A DNA stretch of 63,692 nucleotides, the filler included, from Octopus bimaculoides (Eukaryota): the NCBI RefSeq assembly GCF_001194135.2. It is 5 parts of 4 records of this genome, joined end to end, with 100 filler letters (N's around TTAATTAATTAA, not from the genome) between each part and the next. Parts side by side here need not be neighbours in the genome. Positions count along the whole stretch, not along the records: positions 1 to 21,506 come from NC_069002.1; 4 more parts are not named here. One strand, 5' to 3'. The notes under the pieces were generated by a model. That model was not told where the DNA came from. It saw only the letters and a list, made by a program, of their open reading frames with translations, and made no database searches. Shown here in pieces: positions 1 to 12,851 of this stretch. Made by a program: the position numbers and the translations under genes. Each line of letters begins with the position of its first letter. Position 1 is the stretch's first letter.

Positions 1-135
1 AAGGACATAAATGAGGTTACTCGAGGAACAAGAGAAATTGGTTTTAATTTTAAACTTTGTTCCTCGTTTGAAGGTAAATTCAGAGCCTTCAAGTAGGTAG
101 GGGCAGGTGCCACAATGAGGGCGTGCACATTTTTT
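1..135 (-). mobile_element. Penelope-like element fragment: Cys-rich region leading into the GIY-YIG endonuclease (continues off the window edge)
   Basis: Manual translation of 135->1 gives KKCARPHCGTCPYLLEGSEFTFKRGTKFKIKTNFSCSSSNLIYVL. This matches the CxxxxCxxC...F.C.SSNLIY motif that precedes GIY-YIG in PLEs, and the same architecture occurs at 20040-20220 in this window. Confidence 0.8.
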
Positions 136-229
136 AACTGATGGGGGTGGAAGTGGTGTATGTAGTTTGGAATTGGTTAATTAACCAATGTTCGTTTGCC
201 CGCTCCCCTATGCTCCTTGCCGTTGGAGG

Positions 230-436
230 GAACTTAAGGAAGGGAAGAACTCATCAGTTCAGTACCAGCAGGCTGAGCAAGAACATAGAGGCTCAATCAA
301 CAACATAGAAATTAAAATCTTATCTACACATAGCAGTGATGCAGCACTTAGACAAATTACTGAAGCTACACACATAATAGAAGAGAAACCTAGCCTGAAT
401 AGGAAACTAGAATGGAACACTAACACACACCACTAA
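230..436 (+). mobile_element. Penelope-like element fragment, GIY-YIG C-terminal end
   Basis: ORF 188-436 ends ...IEIKILSTHSSDAALRQITEATHIIEEKPSLNRKLEW*, matching the PLE endonuclease tail pattern 'IL...R.I.EA..I....PSLNR'. Confidence 0.65.
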
Positions 437-1606
437 CAAACCACAAACCACAGCATGTGACAACATGTTACCCATAAACCAAAAATAATATGAACAAAGT
501 ATAATACAATACATAGATAAACAAATGGAATTAAATACTACATACGTTAACAAAATTTAATTAAACATGAAAAAAACACACACACATGAACAAATAAATA
601 AATAAAAACAAATACAAACGAACACGTATTAACNNNNNNNNNNNNNNNNNNNNNNNNNNNNNNNNNNNNNNNNNNNNNNNNNNNNNNNNNNNNNNNNNNN
701 NNNNNNNNNNNNNNNNNNNNNNNNNNNNNNNNNNNNNNNNNNNNNNNNNNNNNNNNNNNNNNNNNNNNNNNNNNNNNNNNNNNNNNNNNNNNNNNNNNNN
801 NNNNNNNNNNNNNNNNNNNNNNNNNNNNNNNNNNNNNNNNNNNNNNNNNNNNNNNNNNNNNNNNNNNNNNNNNNNNNNNNNNNNNNNNNNNNNNNNNNNN
901 NNNNNNNNNNNNNNNNNNNNNNNNNNNNNNNNNNNNNNNNNNNNNNNNNNNNNNNNNNNNNNNNNNNNNNNNNNNNNNNNNNNNNNNNNNNNNNNNNNNN
1001 NNNNNNNNNNNNNNNNNNNNNNNNNNNNNNNNNNNNNNNNNNNNNNNNNNNNNNNNNNNNNNNNNNNNNNNNNNNNNNNNNNNNNNNNNNNNNNNNNNNN
1101 NNNNNNNNNNNNNNNNNNNNNNNNNNNNNNNNNNNNNNNNNNNNNNNNNNNNNNNNNNNNNNNNNNNNNTATTGCTTGTCTATTTTTTCAGTAAACTCTG
1201 CCCAGCTTCGGGGCAATTTCGCCTACTCTTGGCATTTTATTTTAGCTGCTTGTGTTGCAATCAAAGGTTTTTTTTTCTGGTGGTCGTATCCTAACGTTAC
1301 GAAAAAGGCCTGGGGTACATTGTAGCCTGGAGAATTTGTTTTTTCACTCTAACTGAATAATTGGGGAAGTTTGTTCCCGTGTATTCCAATCGTGCGGTTC
1401 CAGGTTCGAACAGGAGGCCCGGATAACCTAGTGGTTGAAGTAATCGTTCGCTGTGCTTTTTCAACTGTTGAACTGTTTTCTTTCTGACTTTCTTTTTTCT
1501 TGAACTGTTTCTTCTCTTTTGTTGTGACTTCTTTTTGTGAATTGCTTTTACGACTGTTTTCTTTTTATTTGTGTTTTTTTCACTCGTTTCTGAACATTAA
1601 AAAAAC

Positions 1607-2139
1607 ATGGTGAAGAAACAGGACACTTTACTAGAGTGGGAGGTTGTCCAACCCAAGGAGTGGTTGCTGAGGACCTATTCTAGGTCATTCGACACCATCG
1701 TTCAATTTAACAAGGAGAAATCTTGATGAAATAAAGAAGCTTGCTTCCCAACTACATGGGTCTGGGTGGCAGCAATTCCAGGCTCTTGAGTGTCAAATTG
1801 ACGCCTGTGGCTGATTGGGTCGGGGCAAAAGCTGTCTTGACCCTTTGGACCCAATCAGCTAAAGACCTTGTTTTTCCTGATATTTTTAAGATGGCCAGGT
1901 CCAGGTACCCGGTGATACTCGAGGGTCGCCATCACAAGTGTCACCTGTGCTTGGAGCCTGGCCAAAGCAGGAAGAACTGCCCCCAATGCCGTGGTAAGGC
2001 CCTGGAGCAGGAAAAAGAAAAGGTGCCCGCCGCCCCCATTGGAGGGGGAGACGGTAGAAATATTGGACGAGGTTGCTTCCACGAAAAAAGAAAGCGGAAG
2101 AGGGTGAGCAACAATGGCTGCTCATCGAGGGATCCGTGA
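1607..2139 (+). mobile_element. Degenerate non-LTR retrotransposon ORF1/gag-like remnant with a zinc knuckle
   Basis: ATG at 1607 follows a T-rich leader. The frame is broken by a stop/frameshift near 1730, then reads ...YPVILEGRHHKCHLCLEPGQSRKNCP (CX2CX4[H>Q]X4C, preceded by EG), typical of LINE ORF1. Confidence 0.5.
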
Positions 2140-2295
2140 CATCTTGTGTAAGTATCTTCTACTATTTCCATGGGTCGACCAAAGCCTTGTGGGTGGATCA
2201 TGTTGGCGGAAACTGAAAAAAGCTCGTCGTATATATATATAAGGTGATGCTCTGGCATTGCCGCAGTCAAGTGACAAACAATGAAATGAATAAAA

Positions 2296-2300
<5 letters not shown>
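2140..2300 (+). mobile_element. SINE family A, collapsed fragment
   Basis: Similar to the 46155-46541 copy: tcttctactat...gaccaaagccttgtgggtggat...ggaaactgaaaaaagctcgtcgtata, then the tail ...ggcattgccgcagtcaagtgac. Confidence 0.7.
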
Positions 2301-2328
<28 letters not shown>

Positions 2329-4035
2329 AGAATAAGGGCAGATAATCGTTCAATTAATAATAGAATTAATAATTAACAATTTTGCCAAGTAGTTCAGTAT
2401 GAAAAAAACCTTTATCGGTAGAACTATTTATCATCATAAATATACAGGGATTAGCAATTGAGTTGCTTCTCCAACATACTGAAAATTCTGAAATAGCAGT
2501 CAAAGAACTACTGATTCCAAACTACAAATTTTTCTCTAAAGCGGATGGCGATATCTATGGCACACGTAGAACAAAAAACCGGAGGGAAAAGCGTAAACAA
2601 ACCAAGCCTTTAGTTAATTGGATACGNNNNNNNNNNNNNNNNNNNNNNNNNNNNNNNNNNNNNNNNNNNNNNNNNNNNNNNNNNNNNNNNNNNNNNNNNN
2701 NNNNNNNNNNNNNNNNNNNNNNNNNNNNNNNNNNNNNNNNNNNNNNNNNNNNNNNNNNNNNNNNNNNNNNNNNNNNNNNNNNNNNNNNNNNNNNNNNNNN
2801 NNNNNNNNNNNNNNNNNNNNNNNNNNNNNNNNNNNNNNNNNNNNNNNNNNNNNNNNNNNNNNNNNNNNNNNNNNNNNNNNNNNNNNNNNNNNNNNNNNNN
2901 NNNNNNNNNNNNNNNNNNNNNNNNNNNNNNNNNNNNNNNNNNNNNNNNNNNNNNNNNNNNNNNNNNNNNNNNNNNNNNNNNNNNNNNNNNNNNNNNNNNN
3001 NNNNNNNNNNNNNNNNNNNNNNNNNNNNNNNNNNNNNNNNNNNNNNNNNNNNNNNNNNNNNNNNNNNNNNNNNNNNNNNNNNNNNNNNNNNNNNCTACTT
3101 TAGTATAGTAATTTTGACTTACAGCTGCTTCCAGTTGACATTAAAAGACTCGTAACTGATTGCCTTGATCTGCGCATTGATCAGGTTGAAAAATGATAAA
3201 CGACCAACAGAATGAATGTTGGTTTCATCAGCGTCATTTTCGGGTATATCCCATTGAAATAATACTTGCATATAACCGGAAATTTCTCAGACAAAGAGCA
3301 GCATTAATTCTCTCGGTCATTGCTTTTTTCTCAACCAATCAAAGGACCGACTGTCTAAATCAATGAATATTGATTGCTGGAAACATCTATGTCAAATTTA
3401 GAACAATAAAGCAAAATGCAGTAACCATTACTTGTGTTTTGTCTTGTATATCACTTTGTGTAACAAAAAAAAAAAAGAATAATTTTGCCCGGACTGATAA
3501 TTTCTCACTAGTAACCCTATATCTCCTCCCCTCTCTCTCCCTTTCTCTGTCTCTCTATCTACCTACCTATTTCTATCTCTCTCTTTCTCTCTCACTATTT
3601 CTCTCTCTTTCTTTCTCACTATTTCTCTCTCTCTCGGAGTATTCCATATGCATGGGTCTATTGAACAGTAAAATATATAATCCAAATGAGACGCAGAAAA
3701 AGTTTAGTAAATACTCAATGACCAGTTACAGTTGTTTACGTAGCACTTAGATTTTAATGCTCTTCCACGTCAATATGTAAAGTTACGATATATTTGGGGT
3801 TTTAAACATCAGAGTGTTACTTTACCAGATATGCCTCAACAGGTGACATCTTATTTTGCGTCCGTGTCAAGCGTATTATAGCTGTTTATGTTGGGAGGAA
3901 GCAGGAAATATTAAAATGAGAATAACAATGGGGATATATCGGCCTCGCCTAAGAGAATAATATGAAGAAATCAGATGTAGATAGGGTTAAAAGGAGTTGG
4001 GGGAGTCGAAGATGAAGAATGAGGAGATGAATGAA

Positions 4036-4098
4036 GAGAAGAAGAAGAAGAAGAAGAAGAAGAAGAAGAAGAAGAAGAAGAAGAAGAAGAAGAAGAAG

Positions 4099-4127
<29 letters not shown>
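4036..4127. repeat. (GAA)n microsatellite
   Basis: About 30 uninterrupted GAA units; source of the poly-L/F/R ORFs. Confidence 0.98.
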
Positions 4128-4131
<4 letters not shown>

Positions 4132-4439
4132 AGGGTGTGCATGTTCAATGTGTGCTGCCATATGTTCATCTACTCAGGGTCATAAACCTCGTGTCCACCC
4201 GCACATATTCTTTCAAACAAAGGATAACCTTTCAGTTTACAATATCGACATCATAAAACACGGTAGGTTCTCAAAGTAAATATACATTACATATAATAAA
4301 TACATATACCAGTGCATTTCCACTGGAGGTGAGATGTGGCAGGCTGACTTTTATTCTAGATGACTGTTAATTAATTGATTGATTACTCCTATCATACGGT
4401 GATAATATGAATTTTACTTCCTGTCTGCATTTTAATTTA

Positions 4440-5600
4440 ATTCCGAGAATGTTAATAAACCCTTTCATCGCTGAACAATATGTATAGTGATTCCTCCGAG
4501 CATAAACTTCACTTCCTGCAAAGGTAATCATAAGGTTGTGAATGTTTTCTTATAGACCAAGTCAAAATACATTTAATCCAGTTCTCTTCTAATTTCCATA
4601 AAATGTTGGCTAATGAAGAGGAATGACGTGACTTCGATATCGACTCGTAAACAATTCGGCAGATACTCCTATATTGGCTTATTGTTCTCCACTGGTGTTC
4701 ACTGAACATTTGTATAGCACTTTCGGACGCATACATAGGTTCTTCACAGAATATTGTGCTTTGTCTCTGCGCGTACATTTGTTGTTTGTTCATCTTTATG
4801 CATGTTATCCTCTTTTTACCTCCTATTTCTGATTTTTGCTCCGGCGTTTTCACTTTTACTATATGATCCTAAGTGGTTGTCGTTAAATCAATAACTGCCG
4901 TAATTCGTGTCCTTAGGGTGAGGATTTTCAGTATATCCGATGTCGGTTGTATTTACACTGTGCCTATTTATGTTGCTGGTTTCATCGTAACACTTAGAGA
5001 CTATATGGCTCGTTCCGTCCTTATTTTCCGAGTTTCTGGTAGAAAAAACGATCTCTTGTTATTGGTTATTTAATTCCTGGCTCAGTTCCATATTATTAAT
5101 TCTATGCACAGCGTGCTCGAAGTAACTAGGCTTCGCAAACGATAACTTCACAGTGTGCCGGTTAAATATTTTATGATATTTATTGGATTTAAGGTAAAAC
5201 CTGGCATATACATTTGCACCAAATGATACACAGCAACTGTTTGTACATGATACCACTCGCGAGGGCCAAAATAATGGTAGTGGTTAACTAAGAAGCTCTT
5301 GAATTCCACTTTTTTCTCTTTCTCTCGTGTTTTAAACTTGACGGACACGAAGAAATTCCTGAAATAAATCCAGTGAGACAGCCATACTGTTGATTACATC
5401 AGATAGCCGAATACAGTGTGCGTGCATGAAATAGCATACTACCAGATGCATACCCAAACTTACAATTATGACTCAACTGCTTAACTAGGTGAAGTGAATT
5501 TTTAATGTGCTTATTAGTGCAGTAATGATCTATGTCACATACGGTCCGCTTCGCGAAAAAGGTTGCCCGTTTAGTATAGTGTACATTATGCAATGGAAAA
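4440..5600 (-). mobile_element. Degenerate Penelope-like element (RT thumb to GIY-YIG C-terminus), second PLE lineage
   Basis: Frameshifted minus-strand pieces include NKYHKIFNRHTVKLSF (cf. the 'KIFNRNTVKLSYSC' motif, also at 33890), SSSLANILWKLEENWIKCILTWSIRKHSQPYD and a decayed CxLCxEExxxI...NxRxE terminus. Confidence 0.7.
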
Positions 5601-6730
5601 TATAAACTGTTATTATGTTCAGTTCAAATATATATTTATACAGAAGCTCAATTTGAAATCGTTCCCGAACCGCGATTTGGCAGGTTCGATCCTACTGCTG
5701 AATTAGGTCAAGTGAATTTTTCCGAGACATAAATCAAATCTTTGTGAGTGAAATTTGGTGGAAATCGGAGTCCTTCGGAAGGCCCGTTATTTATTTGGCG
5801 GTAAATGGCCAAATAATTTAAGGCATAATGCTTAACAAAATAGCTTCCAGTTCACTGCAATTTACGTTCAAATCCTACTGCAACAAGCCGTCCCTATTTT
5901 GGGACAGCTGGTTTCCAAAGGATCATGATGTCAGATCTCTAAGAAATGGGTAAAGTCTTTTTTTTTTCCCCAATCTCGGAGATCCTAAAACTTGAAAGGT
6001 GCTGTTTTTATGGGTGTCCTCGTTCACGCAATAGACAAATGGTGAACGAGGACTTAAATGATTCACGAGTTGTAATATTTACATCAATAACGTTGGTTAA
6101 ATTTAGTCATTCTTTGAGGTAATACCTTCGTGATCTTTGACTGATGAATGATTAACTCTCTCCTGCTAGTCAAAGCAATCAGCCAAGAGTTGTGGGCCCT
6201 AAATTTCTACATGTGACTAATCTCAATGAAATCGATACGAATGAAATTTCCAAGTAAGACAGTAGCAGAAAGCTAAGTCAAATTCCTCAAGAGTTCAAGT
6301 ACCACGGCTGGAAGTTATATTCATAAATGTCAACTAATAATGGCACCGAAACTTTATCTATACACACACACATGCATACATACATATGTATATATATATA
6401 TATATATNNNNNNNNNNNNNNNNNNNNNNNNNNNNNNNNNNNNNNNNNNNNNNNNNNNNNNNNNNNNNNNNNNNNNNNNNNNNNNNNNNNNNNNNNNNNN
6501 NNNNNNNNNNNNNNNNNNNNNNNNNNNNNNNNNNNNNNNNNNNNNNNNNNNNNNNNNNNNNNNNNNNNNNNNNNNNNNNNNNNNNNNNNNNNNNNNNNNN
6601 NNNNNNNNNNNNNNNNNNNNNNNNNNNNNNNNNNNNNNNNNNNNNNNNNNNNNNNNNNNNNNNNNNNNNNNNNNNNNNNNNNNNNNNNNNNNNNNNNNNN
6701 NNNNNNNNNNNNNNNNNNNNNNNNNNNNNN

Positions 6731-6881
6731 GGGGGGGGGTATTTTACCCTAAATTTATATAGCAATTAGAAAATGGAGGAGAATATGCTGTACCCAACGA
6801 CTGCCTTCAAGTCGTTGGGTACACCATATTCTCCTCCATTTTCTAATTGCTATATAAATTTAGGGTAAAATACCCCCCCCC
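6731..6881. repeat. Near-perfect inverted repeat (72-bp arms, 7-nt loop)
   Basis: 6731-6802 is the reverse complement of 6810-6881 with one mismatch; the loop is GCCTTCA. It abuts an N-gap. Confidence 0.95.
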
Positions 6882-7028
6882 TTTTACCCGCACCCACTTA
6901 TTACACTTGTGTAACAATAATTGGGTATCCTCCCAGAAGTATATTGGATAGATACTATCCCTTAGTGGGTTGAATCCTCAACCCCTAACTCTCTTGCATT
7001 ATATATATATATATAGATAGATAGATAA

Positions 7029-7068
<40 letters not shown>

Positions 7069-8407
7069 GTAGGTTGATCGATAGTTGTGTATGTATCCAT
7101 TTAAGCATGTATGTATCAATGTATTTTCAGTAAGTTTTTTTTCCAATCATTCGTTGCTACATTCTTTACACGTCGAAGCTATAAATTATTTGCTTATAGA
7201 ACAATCACAGCATAAACTTCGATTAGCTCTTCCACCATAAATCAATGATAATGAACACTTCGATAATTTTTGTAATAAATTATTGTGATCAATTATATAA
7301 ACATATACGCAAAAACGAATCCTCACAATAAACAAGGCGAGAGAAAAACTAAGAATAAATGTTGATGGAACATTCTAAACACTTTCACATAGTAACTCCT
7401 ATGTTTCTTTAGTGATTAATTGAAACTTATATCTTTATATCTTGCGTGTGTGTGAGGGGGTTGCGCGCATATCTATGTGTGAGTGAGTGATTGAGTGAGT
7501 GAGTGAGGGTGGGAGAGAGGGAATGAGTGAAGGAATGAGTGAGTCAGTGATTGTATTCATGTATGTATGTACATAACCATTACTATACTCCAGGCTTTGA
7601 GAAGAACATTCCAACACTATAACTTCCTTCCTCCGTGCTTTGGATATACGACAAAAGGGTAGAAATTGAATGCATTAACAGAAACATTCGAAAGTGGTTG
7701 ACTGCTCCTCAGGGAAGATTATCCTGTTTGATATTAGAGATGCAGCAGCTATATTTATGGAGATAAGTAAATCCGATGATATACAAGGAAGCCTTATTTG
7801 TGTGTTTTCTCTTCTCATTGATCGGTGTTAAATAAGATATATTTTCTGCTCAAAACCGGAAAGTCCTAATGAATTGGAACAGATATGTAGATTGTAGAAT
7901 ATCGATGAGGAATTATAACACGTTCCTGTGTCCAGTTCTAAGCAACATGAAATGAGTCTATTTTGAAATTAAAATAGAATTCAAATTTGCATTTTAAAGC
8001 AGCTACAACAGATAGTGGGAATGGAGGTGTTTGAAACAACGGCAAGACAGGTGAATCTACTAAATTATTTCAAAATTTCGGAATGAAAATTCCCTTATGA
8101 AGAGAAACACAAAAGTAAAACTTGAATGTGTGATATGCAGATAGGAATAGGCTAAAGTGTAATTCGAGGAATGGCCGTGATATATATATGTTGGGAAATT
8201 CTTGCTGTTGATGGAAGAATATATTTTATTAATAAAAATTCCCTTTTTTATACTAAAATATTCTGAAACTTGGAATGACCCTGGATGACATATTTCGCGA
8301 TGTTTTATTTTATTGAACAAAACATTTAATGGGTACACATACATGAACACACACGTACTTGCACACACTTTATAAGGCGCTGTTTGTTTGTATGCAGACA
8401 TACATAT

Positions 8408-8469
<62 letters not shown>

Positions 8470-10676
8470 AAACACACGCACGCACATCTATATCAAACTT
8501 TTACAAAGCGCTTTGATAGTATTATTTTTTATATATATTTGTTTGCATAATGATAGTTTATATTAATAGTTTTTCTCCTACCGTAGGAATAATAAAAGTT
8601 TTGATGTTTGTGTTAATTGTACTGATAACATGTCGGCGACGACGATGACGATAATGACGAAGGTTTTGGCATTGGGGACGAAGGGTGAGCTACGATGGTG
8701 AAGATGTATTTTAACCGAATCAACGACGTCAAACGAAGAATTACTACGTGCAAAGAACACATTGGCAGTCATTTGTTCACACTTTCCTCGTTTTATCACT
8801 TGATTTATATTTGCAAAGTAACTTCCACAGCTGTACAGACTATTATATATTGAAACAAAACATTGAAGAAATAAAGGATAGTTTATTACATGTCAAATAC
8901 AGGTTCTTTTCTCTTTCGTTATTTAATTACTTCCAAGTTATAAGGGAATTTATCTTCGAAAGTATCGATAATAATTTTTAAAACGGAATACAAACACAAG
9001 AGGCCCAAGTAAATAAGATCATAAATGCCAGTGCTTCTGCAAATGAATAAGTCGTAGTGGCCGCCTTTCTAGCAGTTGTGCAGCTAGACCAATTATTCAT
9101 CCGACCATGCGGCACAACCACATATTTTTGTTAAACTTCTTACTTCAAACTTCCTTTATTTTCTATTCTCTTTGAGCTTGCAGACACTGTTTTGGCTGAA
9201 TTTCAGTTCTACTGAAAACATTTATTATCAACCAAGTTCTGTGTCATCCACGAATATATAATCTGATGCGAGCCAGCGACTTTTGAGCTCATTCAACGGA
9301 AGGGAGACGTGTTCTATGTCAAGTAAGAAAACATATCTAATACGAGGTCCGCAGCTGAAACCAATAGCATTTTTGGGAAATTTATCAGCTAGATCGGTTA
9401 TATATAACAAAGAAACAATCTATGACTGTTTCGGCACAATTATTTATCAAAACGCGCCTCGCAGTGCTCATATTCATTTCTGCAAATATCTGAGCAGGAG
9501 GGTAACGGTTCGAGTCTTTACGTCACTGGGCATCCCAGTCCTAATCTATTCATAAGTCTTGACTCGCAAAACTGTGTCATGCATATTCTGCTTTGAAAAG
9601 GAAATTACGTGAACGCGTATCTATAGGAAACTTATCCACTTCACGCAGTAAATTATTGATTATGTATTGCAGTCAATTAAGGGATGATGGAGCAGGAAGA
9701 GATACCAGCAAGAGACTCCATCCTCAACATGCTGAATAGTGTTTGATATTAGTGGATTTCGGTGTTTACTCTTGTGTATTAATTTGTGTAAGAATAATTA
9801 TAAAAATGATCACATTAATCATTCATGGAATTTAATACCAAAGAAATTAAAACGTTAATTGTTTTTGGGGGGAACGGTATTTTTGCTTTATATTTGGCAA
9901 GTGTACAGTGCAATTCTTTTTACCTTTTCTATGTGATCCCTGACGCAGATGCATGTCAAAATGTGGCTTCATATATAATTAGCCAAAGGTCAGGTGTAAA
10001 CACGTGACTCAAGTTGCTGAACACCTTAGAAAGTTACTATCGTTCCGATTGAATTTCAGCACTATACAAGTATCTAATTGCATCCAGACGTCTGGTATCG
10101 ACTCAAGATAGCGGTAAAATTCCTTTGGTTAAATTCCTCCTGCTCAATAAGTAAAATTTATGTAGTACCACCATATTTAAAATTTAGTTTAATATTCATT
10201 TTGCCCCATCACCTTATTTCGCTAACCAAGATATAAGAAACAGGAATGAAAATTGAATAAAGAATTTAAAAGTGTAATATTGTGGTCTGCTTCAGTAACA
10301 CATTCTTGTCTCAGAGACACATTTGTGAAGATTAATTATAGGAAGGCAACGAAGAAAACTTAGAATAGTTTACTTTACTTTTATACATCAGCTTCCAAAT
10401 TCTGTTAATAGAAGCGCAGCACTTCGCGAAGTTTATGTAGTGCAATTATAATATATAGGCCTATAAATAAGTAGATAGACAGAAGTGTGTGTAACAATGA
10501 TTCAATGTTTGCACATACATTGGAAAATTAATTAACTTTATTTTATAAAATGAAATATTGCAGTCTAGTGAAATGAAGATATATTTCCAGCGAATCGAGT
10601 ATGCAATACATCTTCAAATTCTCTGCAATGTAAATTTATATCAGTCACACCAAATATCTTGCCTTTCCGTTCGCCG

Positions 10677-10763
10677 CCAATAGTCTTGAGAGAAATAAAA
10701 TTCGCTTGATTTGCCACCCAATAACTTATATAAATACGTACTTTTTCACAGTTCGATCAGTGA
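10677..10763 (+). promoter_or_regulatory. Candidate Pol II core promoter (CCAAT, CCAAT, TATA, Inr-like)
   Basis: CCAAT at 10677 and 10719, TATAAA at 10730, TCAGTG at 10758 (its A at 10760 is 30 nt after the TATA start). Motif spacing only; no transcript evidence. Confidence 0.25.
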
Positions 10764-11070
10764 TCAATGTTTCATGACGCTTTTATTTTCATATCATTGA
10801 ATATCATTAACAATCCTAAATCTCGTTTTATTTGAAGCATCTGGCTGAGCTTCACACGGACACCGCGTTTACTATTCAAACGCAACTCAGAATAACATAT
10901 CCTGTGCAGTTACTCAGCCAAAGTATTTATTACGTCATGTACATGAAAAGTTGGTTTTCATCCTATTCGTAGTTACATGACTGACGATACAACTGCATCC
11001 CTGGATGGACATAGTTAAGTAGTAGTTATATAATTTTCATTCTTATATATATATGTATATGTATACACAC

Positions 11071-11149
<79 letters not shown>

Positions 11150-11801
11150 NNNNNNNNNNNNNNNNNNNNNNNNNNNNNNNNNNNNNNNNNNNNNNNNNNN
11201 NNNNNNNNNNNNNNNNNNNNNNNNNNNNNNNNNNNNNNNNNNNNNNNNNNNNNNNNNNNNNNNNNNNNNNNNNNNNNNNNNNNNNNNNNNNNNNNNNNNN
11301 NNNNNNNNNNNNNNNNNNNNNNNNNNNNNNNNNNNNNNNNNNNNNNNNNNNNNNNNNNNNNNNNNNNNNNNNNNNNNNNNNNNNNNNNNNNNNNNNNNNN
11401 NNNNNNNNNNNNNNNNNNNNNNNNNNNNNNNNNNNNNNNNNNNNNNNNNNNNNNNNNNNNNNNNNNNNNNNNNNNNNNNNNNNNNNNNNNNNNNNNNNNN
11501 NNNNNNNNNNNNNNNNNNNNNNNNNNNNNNNNNNNNNNNNNNNNNNNNNNNNNNNNNNNNNNNNNNNNNNNNNNNNNNNNNNNNNNNNNNNNNNNNNNNN
11601 NNNNNNNNNNNNNNNNNNNNNNNNNNNNNNNNNNNNNNNNNNNNNNNNNNNNNNNNNNNNNNNNNNNNNNNNNNNNNNNNNNNNNNNNNNNNNNNNNNNN
11701 NNNNNNNNNNNNNNNNNNNNNNNNNNNNNNNNNNNNNNNNNNNNNNNNNNNNNNNNNNNNNNNNNNNNNNNNNNNNNNNNNNNNNNNNNNNNNNNNNNNN
11801 N

Positions 11802-11898
<97 letters not shown>

Positions 11899-12789
11899 TA
11901 TATACATACACACGCATATACACACACACATATATTTTTATTCATATGTATTCATGCACAAGTGTAACTATGTACGTGCGTGTCTGTATTTGTGTGTGTG
12001 TGTGTGTGCATCTCTCTCTCTCTTTCTCTTTCTCTCTCGCTTTGTGACAGCATGTGGTCTTAGGTGAAAATGTAATACCGCGGATTGCTTGAGAAAATCA
12101 CTAAACTTTATATCTCAGCTAGATCATTCCTTTTTACAGATCAGCAAATGTACATTATGTAATGCAAAGAACACTGTGCCTTTAATAGTTAAGGAATCTA
12201 CAGTAATTAAATCAATGCTGAATTCGAAAACAAATGGACACAAATACTTATCAAAATGCTTATTTCAAAAAAAAAACAACATATTGTCCACGTTAATTTA
12301 TAACATTTTCTTGCCTTTATATTTTGTTTCCTCTCATTTTAGAATGTGGTGTTGTAAGAAAGACATTTTCAAAGGGTTAATATTTTGAGAGAAGTATATC
12401 TTCATATATGTGATACAATATAACGAATTGATTTCAGGGATTCTTTTGCAAATATGTTTTAAGTCACCCCAAACTACCACAACTCTGATTAAGAATCTTC
12501 CAACCGACACCCTCCGCTCTTTTTACGAAGATCTCTTCCAACATATCTTTGCACTATTTTAACACCAGGATAAGAGTTGAAGGATATTTACTGAATAATC
12601 TCAGTAGGTCTGTCGGCCATTTAAAAGCCTCTCCATTTGTTCAAAAGTTTATATAGTTTCTAAAGTAACGGGCACAATTATCAGGAGCGATTATCATGCC
12701 TTATGATAAACGTTTGTAGGAAGAAATAACATGAACAAAATGATGGGCAGTTTTCTTCTCACAGCTTCTGTGCGTGTGTGCGTGCGTGC

Positions 12790-12851
<62 letters not shown>

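Noticed and set aside
2328-2626. (TA)n-anchored segment that may be a PLE terminal repeat
   Set aside because: Single copy in the window, truncated by a gap, with no coding or ribozyme motif to confirm it.
9185-9321. Plus-strand exon-like segment with a good acceptor and GTAAGA donor
   Set aside because: Stops in all three frames; it could be a UTR or pseudo-exon but cannot be supported.
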